From assembly GCF_009914755.1 (NCBI RefSeq), contig NC_060930.1: a DNA stretch of 64,000 bases. The stretch is one strand, 5' to 3'. Source of the stretch: the human T2T-CHM13v2.0 reference genome, Homo sapiens. The translations under genes and the position numbers were made by a program. The notes below the pieces were generated by a model that had not been told where the DNA came from, ran no database searches, and saw only the letters and a list, made by a program, of their open reading frames with translations. Of the stretch, positions 57,401 to 64,000 are shown one piece after another. Numbering within the stretch: the stretch's first letter is position 1; each line of letters begins with the position of its first letter.

Positions 57401-58612
57401 AGCAGATGTGGAAAGGAAGGAATAAAAATGCCCAAGACCAAACGAAAGAAAAAAAATAATTTAGAAAACAAGAATGCAAAGATTGTGCAGATTGAAGAAA
57501 ATAAGCCTTATTCTCTGAAACGTGGGAAGCATGTATATTCTATAAAGGCTAGAAATGATGCCCTGTCTGAGTGTACAAGCAGATTTGTAACCCAGTATCC
57601 ATGTATGATAAAGGGATGTACTTCAGTTGTTACAAGTGAAAGCAATATAATTAGACATTATAAGTGCCATAAATTATCTAAGGCATTTACATCACAACAC
57701 CGAAATCTTCTTATTGTATTCAAACGGTGTTGCAACTCACAAGTAAAGGAAACGTCTGAGCAAGAAGGTGCTAAGAATGATGTGAAAGATTCTGACACGT
57801 GTGTATCAGAGAGCAATGATAATTCAAGAACAACAGCTACAGTTTCACAAAAGGAAGTTGAAAAAAATGAAAAAGATGAAATGGATGAACTAACAGAATT
57901 GTTTATTACAAAATTAATAAATGAAGATAGCACAAGTGTAGAGACCCAAGCTAATACTTCTTCAAATGTAAGTAATGATTTTCAGGAAGATAACCTCTGC
58001 CAGTCAGAAAGACAAAAAGCAAGTAATTTGAAGAGAGTTAATAAGGAAAAAAATGTCTCACAAAATAAAAAAAGGAAAGTTGAAAAAGCTGAACCAGCAT
58101 CAGCAGCTGAGTTAAGTAGCGTGCGTAAAGAAGAAGAAACTGCTGTTGCCATTCAAACCATTGAGGAGCATCCTGCATCTTTTGACTGGAGCTCTTTTAA
58201 GCCAATGGGATTTGAAGTATCATTTCTGAAGTTTCTTGAGGAGTCTGCAGTGAAGCAGAAGAAAAATACTGACAAAGACCATCCGAATACTGGAAACAAA
58301 AAAGGATCCCATTCAAATTCAAGAAAAAATATTGATAAGACTGCTGTGACTAGTGGAAATCATGTATGTCCTTGTAAAGAAAGCGAAACGTTTGTACAGT
58401 TTGCCAATCCATCACAGCTTCAGTGCAGTGATAATGTAAAAATTGTTTTAGACAAGAATCTTAAAGATTGCACTGAGCTTGTCTTAAAGCAACTTCAGGA
58501 AATGAAACCTACCGTCAGTCTGAAAAAACTTGAAGTACATTCAAATGATCCAGATATGTCTGTTATGAAAGATATCAGTATAGGTAAAGCCACAGGCAGA
58601 GGTCAGTACTGA
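51461..58612 (+). CDS. ZNF292: ZNF292 last exon coding part (7,152 nt, 2,383 aa + stop) with about 16 dispersed C2H2-type zinc fingers, NLS-like basic patches and long low-complexity linkers
   Basis: Acceptor ttgctttttcacag| at 51460, then TEGAGLATCIELCVKALR in frame with ORF 51515..58612. Fingers include YSCPICAKNFNSKETFVPHVTLH and FKCVVPTCTKTFTRNSNLRAHCQLVH. Ends GRGQY-TGA followed by an in-frame TAA. Confidence 0.98.
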   Translation, partial: TEGAGLATCIELCVKALRLESTENTEVKISICKTISCLLPDDLEVKRACQLSEFLIEPTVDAYYAVEMLYNQPDQKYDEENLPIPNSLRCELLLVLKTQWPFDPEFWDWKTLKRQCLALMGEEASIVSSIDELNDSEVYEKVVDYQEESKETSMNGLSGGVGANSGLLKDIGDEKQKKREIKQLRERGFISARFRNWQAYMQYCVLCDKEFLGHRIVRHAQKHYKDGIYSCPICAKNFNSKETFVPHVTLHVKQSSKERLAAMKPLRRLGRPPKITTTNENQKTNTVAKQEQRPIKKNSLYSTDFIVFNDNDGSDDENDDKDKSYEPEVIPVQKPVPVNEFNCPVTFCKKGFKYFKNLIAHVKGHKDNEDAKRFLEMQSKKVICQYCRRHFVSVTHLNDHLQMHCGSKPYICIQMKCKAGFNSYAELLTHRKEHQVFRAKCMFPKCGRIFSEAYLLYDHEAQHYNTYTCKFTGCGKVYRSQGELEKHLDDHSTPPEKVLPPEAQLNSSGDSIQPSEVNQNTAENIEKERSMLPSENNIENSLLADRSDAWDKSKAESAVTKQDQISASELRQANGPLSNGLENPATTPLLQSSEVAVSIKVSLNQGIEDNFGKQENSTVEGSGEALVTDLHTPVEDTCNDLCHPGFQERKEQDCFNDAHVTQNSLVNSETLKIGDLTPQNLERQVNNLMTFSVQNQAAFQNNLPTSKFECGDNVKTSSNLYNLPLKTLESIAFVPPQSDLSNSLGTPSVPPKAPVQKFSCQVEGCTRTYNSSQSIGKHMKTAHPDQYAAFKMQRKSKKGQKANNLNTPNNGKFVYFLPSPVNSSNPFFTSQTKANGNPACSAQLQHVSPPIFPAHLASVSTPLLSSMESVINPNITSQDKNEQGGMLCSQMENLPSTALPAQMEDLTKTVLPLNIDSGSDPFLPLPAESSSMSLFPSPADSGTNSVFSQLENNTNHYSSQIEGNTNSSFLKGGNGENAVFPSQVNVANNFSSTNAQQSAPEKVKKDRGRGPNGKERKPKHNKRAKWPAIIRDGKFICSRCYRAFTNPRSLGGHLSKRSYCKPLDGAEIAQELLQSNGQPSLLASMILSTSAVNLQQPQQSTFNPEACFKDPSFLQLLAENRSPAFLPNTFPRSGVTNFNTSVSQEGSEIIKQALETAGIPSTFEGAEMLSHVSTGCVSDASQVNATVMPNPTVPPLLHTVCHPNTLLTNQNRTSNSKTSSIEECSSLPVFPTNDLLLKTVENGLCSSSFPNSGGPSQNFTSNSSRVSVISGPQNTRSSHLNKKGNSASKRRKKVAPPLIAPNASQNLVTSDLTTMGLIAKSVEIPTTNLHSNVIPTCEPQSLVENLTQKLNNVNNQLFMTDVKENFKTSLESHTVLAPLTLKTENGDSQMMALNSCTTSVNSDLQISEDNVIQNFEKTLEIIKTAMNSQILEVKSGSQGAGETSQNAQINYNIQLPSVNTVQNNKLPDSSPFSSFISVMPTKSNIPQSEVSHKEDQIQEILEGLQKLKLENDLSTPASQCVLINTSVTLTPTPVKSTADITVIQPVSEMINIQFNDKVNKPFVCQNQGCNYSAMTKDALFKHYGKIHQYTPEMILEIKKNQLKFAPFKCVVPTCTKTFTRNSNLRAHCQLVHHFTTEEMVKLKIKRPYGRKSQSENVPASRSTQVKKQLAMTEENKKESQPALELRAETQNTHSNVAVIPEKQLVEKKSPDKTESSLQVITVTSEQCNTNALTNTQTKGRKIRRHKKEKEEKKRKKPVSQSLEFPTRYSPYRPYRCVHQGCFAAFTIQQNLILHYQAVHKSDLPAFSAEVEEESEAGKESEETETKQTLKEFRCQVSDCSRIFQAITGLIQHYMKLHEMTPEEIESMTASVDVGKFPCDQLECKSSFTTYLNYVVHLEADHGIGLRASKTEEDGVYKCDCEGCDRIYATRSNLLRHIFNKHNDKHKAHLIRPRRLTPGQENMSSKANQEKSKSKHRGTKHSRCGKEGIKMPKTKRKKKNNLENKNAKIVQIEENKPYSLKRGKHVYSIKARNDALSECTSRFVTQYPCMIKGCTSVVTSESNIIRHYKCHKLSKAFTSQHRNLLIVFKRCCNSQVKETSEQEGAKNDVKDSDTCVSESNDNSRTTATVSQKEVEKNEKDEMDELTELFITKLINEDSTSVETQANTSSNVSNDFQEDNLCQSERQKASNLKRVNKEKNVSQNKKRKVEKAEPASAAELSSVRKEEETAVAIQTIEEHPASFDWSSFKPMGFEVSFLKFLEESAVKQKKNTDKDHPNTGNKKGSHSNSRKNIDKTAVTSGNHVCPCKESETFVQFANPSQLQCSDNVKIVLDKNLKDCTELVLKQLQEMKPTVSLKKLEVHSNDPDMSVMKDISIGKATGRGQY

Positions 58613-60500
58613 TAATTAATGTAGTATAAATACATCATTTACCATTTTATTTTAAATAGGAAGCCATCAAGCATGCTAGAATTGTGAAACTTTCATTATA
58701 TTTTTTTGTTGTTGACATGAATTAACCTGGCCAAAAACAAAAAAGAAAAAAAAAACATGACATTTGTCATGTAAAACTTTTTTTTATCCCTATGGGACTT
58801 GAGGAACAGAATCAGTACTTCAGTTATTGTAAATAGTGAGCTAAACCTCAAATTTCTATCACCCAGTTGCCCTTTTCATGAACTAAACAATTATCTGTGT
58901 GATTGGTATGTTTCACCAGGTCACTGCTCATGTATAACAGTACTCTTTATTTGTAGATACCTTTTTTGTATATATTTATTATTGTAAATCATGTGCTGCC
59001 ACCAGCAGTCTGTAAGTCTAAACTATTAAATGACACATTTATATTTGGAATTTTAATTTTTAACTAAGCGATCAAGTTTTTTAAATTGTTCTTTTATTGT
59101 TTTAAATTAAGAACTTTTTGAACTAAAACCAGAAACTCTGCCATAGTTCATTGATTTTTACATGAAACATTTATTTACAAGATGATATCAAGATTACTTT
59201 TCACAAAATAGGCACATTATATCAACACTTTGCTCTGCTTTGTAAATTTGCCATCCAGGATTTTGGGGTGGTATTCATGTGAAATTAAAGCAGATTCTCT
59301 AGCAGTTTCCTATAGCTACAGTTTTTTTTTTTTCATTGCTTCTAATTGGATATAGTTACTATGAGTCCATGAAATACAATGGAAATGTGAATAAAGAATT
59401 TACTACATTGAAGATTTTAAACATTTGGTATTAAAAAAAAATCCTTTGTGAATGTGATAGAAAACTAGTAGTGTGGAGCAGTGTAAATATTTGAGGTGGT
59501 GATTTGTGAAGTAGCCCAGTATTGCCTTAAATAAAATCACATTTCATTTCTTGTTTTATACATGTGATCTTATAAAGATTTTTTGTTTTGTTTTGTTTTC
59601 CATTTTCTGAGATTTATAGATTGGTGTATAGCTTTAAACTGTATAAAGTTTTGTGGAAAGATTTTTTTAAACATTTTTATAAATCTTAAAATTGATATCA
59701 TCAAAGTGAGCCCATCTTGTGTTTATAAAATACAAGAGTCCTTAACATTTATAATTACATAGATAAAACACTTTCTATAAGGAAGTTGGATGTTTTGATT
59801 TTACTGTTTATAGATGTTAGATTGTACAGATTTGTCTGTATTTCTCACCATATCTAATGATACTTTTTTCATTAGATTGGTCTTCAAGAACAGTATTAGT
59901 TATAATTATTTTGGTTATTCAGTATATAGTTAGCTCTTACAGTTTAGCTTTATTCACCATATTTATACTGTGGATTCACAGCGAGAGGTAGAGGTTATTC
60001 CAGGAGAGTTGATGACCTTCATTTAAAGTCCAACTAAAATCAGTAGTAGAAACATAAGAAAACATCTTTGCAATATTTACTTTTGTTTCTGTTTGCCGTA
60101 AATAGTAACATTGTTTTTTTTTATTTTGTGTTTGTTATAAAACAGTTGCATTCACAATATTATTGGCCTGAGATATTGATGATATTGTGATGGTATGAAA
60201 ATGTGTACATTCCCTGTGCAACATCAGATTTGCAGGAAAAATGAAGCACTTACTGAAATCGCTGGTACTCTGAATAAATAAGCATGGTCAAGGAGTGAAC
60301 TATTTTCTTTTGGAAATTTCTTTTTAATTTTTATTATTAAAGTATTTTATTTTTAGGGCCTTTTGGGTTTTATTGAATAGTTCATTTCACCTGTTTAAGA
60401 CTTACTACCAATAAGCATAAAACCTGACACGTTAAAATCCCTGCCCTTTGGTGAGCCCACTGTTATTTATTAAAATAAAAGTTATTTTATGGGTGATTAA
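58613..60500 (+). other. ZNF292: ZNF292 3' UTR (to the proximal poly(A) region; may extend to about 62750)
   Basis: Repeat-free AU-rich sequence after the stop, with AREs, Pumilio elements and several AATAAA hexamers. Confidence 0.8.
60469..60479 (+). terminator. Polyadenylation signal (overlapping ATTAAA/AATAAA)
   Basis: ATTAAAATAAA followed by U/GU-rich downstream sequence (gggttttctttttcc). Other AATAAA at 59390, 59530 and 60273. Confidence 0.7.
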
Positions 60501-61903
60501 TACATGGGTTTTCTTTTTCCTAAATTAACAATAATTTAAATAACTGAGTAATTTTAATATTAAATTTTTGTTAACAACTGAATGTTTCCATACAGTTTTC
60601 TTAGAAATTGACCTAGCTCTTAAAGGTGGGCACTTGGCAAAACTGCCCTATATAGCACAGTAGCAAGTAGGTTTATTTCTGATCATTGTAACTATGAGCC
60701 ACTGTTAAGTGAAAATGCCAGTGTATTGGGGCTTTTCTTTTGCTCATTAGCTTAAGAAAATTTATAACTAGACATTTCTAATTGTTTTACATGTCATGGG
60801 GTAGAGTTTGCCAACATTTAATGAAATTTTTATATTCCAGGTAATGTATACTAAAGGTAATTATGAGAGTGGGCTTTTTAGCATGAAACAAAAAAAAATC
60901 AAACTATGGTAAAAAGACATGAATTTATAGAATAGCATGTTGGTAAATTTTGATACGGAATGTAATGTCTAAGTATTAAAAAATCATAAAATATATTTTT
61001 TTCATGGTATACTTTTCCCCAGCCTATTGTCTTGAGATATCTTCTACAGCCTAAATTTGCTAAAGTTTCATCACTAAAAAGTAGGAGTTTTTCCTCTTCT
61101 GAACCCGCAAAGTTTGCATATTACAGGTCAGAATTGTATTATTCAAAATACATCACCTTAAGTGAAATGTAACAGTTTTTGAAATTTTCAACGGTGTTAA
61201 ATTTAACATAGGTACATTATTATTTTAAAGGGCTAGACATATTTTTAAGGCAAATTTTTATCAAGTGAGCAGTCACAGTTGCTGTAGATAATATGAAAGT
61301 ACAATAATACTATACCTAGGGACATCAGAAAGAATGCCCTATTTTTCTGGAAAAGGAGGTAGGTAGTTGGGAAAGTCTTTGTAGAAAATATGAGTTTTGA
61401 AAGATGAATGAATGCTCATTGGTTCAGGGGGACAAGGGAATTCCAGACTTGGGGGTAGAGCATAATTGCGGTATTGCCAGTGGGCCACTTGGAAAGATAG
61501 GAAGTTGAAGAAGGTGAAGCTGAAGAAGCAGATGGGTGGTGGGATCAGGAGTGTTCTTGTATGCTGTATTAAGTCTTTATTTTGGTTTTTGAAAATTGTT
61601 ATTGGATGCATGTATATTGAACAATTTAATCAGTATCAGTTTTAGAAAGATAATTGTCATGGTATAGTGGATAAATTGAGTAAGTTGGAGATTAATTAGG
61701 GGGACCTAAAATAGTCCAGGCAAAAAATGATGGGAGCCAGAAGAAAGGCTAACGAAGTTGGGGAAGAGACTAATGGATAAGAGAGATAATAAAAAGTAAT
61801 GTCTAAGGCAGCCTGTTTCAGCATGTTTATTGTAGTGAGATACTAGGCAGGTGGAAGGTTATTGCTGTGATGAAATAAGTTTTCTAAATTGTGTGCTGTA
61901 GTT

Positions 61904-62332
61904 CTCTCTCTCTCTCTCTCTTTTTTTTTCTTTGTTTTTTTTGGAGACAGAGTCTCGCTCTGTTGCCCAGGCTGGAGTGCAGTGTTGCACGATCTCGGCT
62001 TACTGCAACTTCTGCCTCCCAAGTTCAAGTGATTCTCCTGCCTCAGCCTCCCCAGTAGCTGGGACTACAGATGCATGCTATCACACCCAGCTAATTTTGT
62101 AGTTTTGGCACAATCTCAGCTCAGTGCAACTTCCATCTCCCAGGTTCAAGTGATTCTCCTACCTCAGCCACCCAAGTAGGTGCACACCACCACACCTGGC
62201 TGATTTTATATTTTTAGTAGAGACGGTTTCACCATGTTGGCCAGGCTGGTCTTGAACTCCTGACCTCAGGTGATCACCCACCTCCACCTCCCAAAGTGCA
62301 GGTATTACAAGCATGAGCCACCACACCCAGCC
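61904..62332 (-). mobile_element. Composite Alu (extra right arm) downstream of the proximal poly(A) site
   Basis: A right arm (to about 62100) is followed by a second partial right arm and then a left arm. Confidence 0.88.
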
Positions 62333-62718
62333 TCTCTTAAATAATTTAATGCATGTTTGCATATTAAAGACAAAAGTTCTACTGTAAATATGTAAAAAGT
62401 TGAAAGGGAATTTTCCAGACTTAATTGACCCTGAGAACATTTTTCTTCTTTTAATGTTAATACTTAGTTATATCCCACTGAACTAGCATTCTAAAGAACA
62501 CACTTTGGGAAATGCTGATCTCAAATGGCATTTATTCAACCAGGACTGATAATCAACGTGTACACCAATTCAATTGTATCAGCTGTTTGCAAATGGTGAT
62601 TATTCTGATTGATCAATTTATATATCCCAATGGGTTGATTCCTTTGCTGTATTGGTTGTTAATGTTTTGAATATTACCCGGTATTCAAGTAATGCTCATT
62701 GAATTTCAAGTAATTGTG

Positions 62719-62735
62719 ATTAAACGTTGATTAAA
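62719..62735 (+). terminator. Candidate distal polyadenylation signals (two ATTAAA)
   Basis: ATTAAA at 62719 and 62730, with upstream TGTA elements and U-rich sequence. Confidence 0.45.
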
Positions 62736-64000
62736 ATCCAGTCATACTTGCCAGAAGCCCCTGCCTTTAAACATTCTTATCCTACTTCCCATTTCCCACT
62801 CTTCTCATTTCATTGAACGCATAGTAACCTTCCTTCCCCACTTCAAAGCCTATCTGGAATGCTTATTTCTCTTATTTCTATGGGTGACTCCATATCCCGT
62901 CAGTTCACAGCTTAAATGTCACCTCATCGGAAAGACACCCAGATCATAAAGTTTCACATGCCCATTCTTTACAACAGTTTTTTAAAAAATACTTACTTTA
63001 ATCTATATCTTCCAACACTACCAGTCAATGAAGAAAATGATAATAATACCTGTGTTCTTCAATGACTTTGCCACAATCAAACCCCATATCACTTCCAAAT
63101 CTTGAATTCAATTTATTTTTCTGGCCACAAACTTGTAGCTCACCTGCTCAAGATATCTCTGCTAAAAAAATACTTCTACCTTATTACTACCACTTGCTGA
63201 CTATTCATCAGCTTACTCCTGTCCTCAGCTTGTTCAGCCTAGAAACTAGCTAGATCCCATTGTTAAACGCACTCCTTTGCAAATATCCTCAGACCATACA
63301 CCTCTCCCTCTGTCATGATCCTGAAAAATCCTCAAACCGTCTGTCTACTCTTCAGCAGTGGAATGGAAGAAAATTATTCCAGGAGATAGGTTGGTAATCC
63401 CAAAACTTAAGTAGACTCAACACTACCTGGCAGTTTTTCTATAGTTTTCTGGTAACTTGCTTTCTCAAGCTTAAATGACATACATCCCTCGTTTCATGAC
63501 CTTTAACCACATTTTGCTGAGGAAAAAGAAAAACGACATGAACCTTTTCAACTTTTCACCACCAAATCAATAAACCTGCTTGTATTTGCACTGTATTCTA
63601 CTTAGTAAAAACAAATTCCTCTTCTGGATTCCATCCCCCCACCGCCCATCTCCTTAAGAACTTCCTGTTGCTCTCTTGTTTCATCAATATTTCTTTTACT
63701 TGATCCTTTCCAACAGTTTATGAATAGACTCTAGTAGCTACTATTCTTGAAAAAATAGGGGTTAGACACTTTATTCATCCAACTATAACCCTATTTGTTT
63801 GGTCCCAGTTACAGCCAGTGTGACTTTTCTGCTCATATATGCTCCGTTTCCTCACTTCTGACTTAACTGCCACTTTCTGTGTTCCCACAACACTCCTAAA
63901 ATTTTTTCTTGTTAGGATCACCACTGTCTTCCATGCTGCCGTATGTATTGTTTATTTTTCTGCCCCCACTCACTGCCTCAGGAGCATGCAGAAAGGTTGA

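Noticed and set aside
51633-57933. Short antisense and alternative-frame ORFs over the last exon
   Set aside because: Lengths of 61-100 aa are expected as shadows of a 7-kb ORF; no independent evidence.

Overview
Human (or closely related hominoid) genomic DNA covering most of ZNF292 on the + strand. The window holds the 3' end of intron 1, six short coding exons (exons 2-7: 155, 79, 136, 203, 137 and 142 nt), a giant last exon with 7,152 coding nt and about 16 C2H2-type zinc fingers, and the 3' UTR. All splice sites are GT-AG and the exon phases join into one open frame. Exon 1 and the promoter lie outside the window. Introns are dense in Alus and old L1/L2/MIR/DNA-transposon fragments. There is a cluster of three antisense ERV1 LTRs (one LTR10 nested in another LTR) and a full-length antisense SVA that landed in the tail of an older Alu. 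No prokaryote-type system, CRISPR array or new protein-coding gene is visible. The strongest candidates for something undescribed concern RNA processing. (1) A cryptic 85-nt exon in intron 1, probably the extra exon of circZNF292, has its splice donor duplicated exactly by the target-site duplication of an AluY, giving an Alu-in/Alu-out donor choice. (2) A candidate 35-nt poison microexon after exon 5 forms a TGA exactly at its junction with exon 6. Also notable are AP-1 motifs in the LTR10, a strong CTCF motif beside the SVA, and several templated-insertion scars. Repeat subfamily names come from recalled consensus features and need RepeatMasker confirmation.
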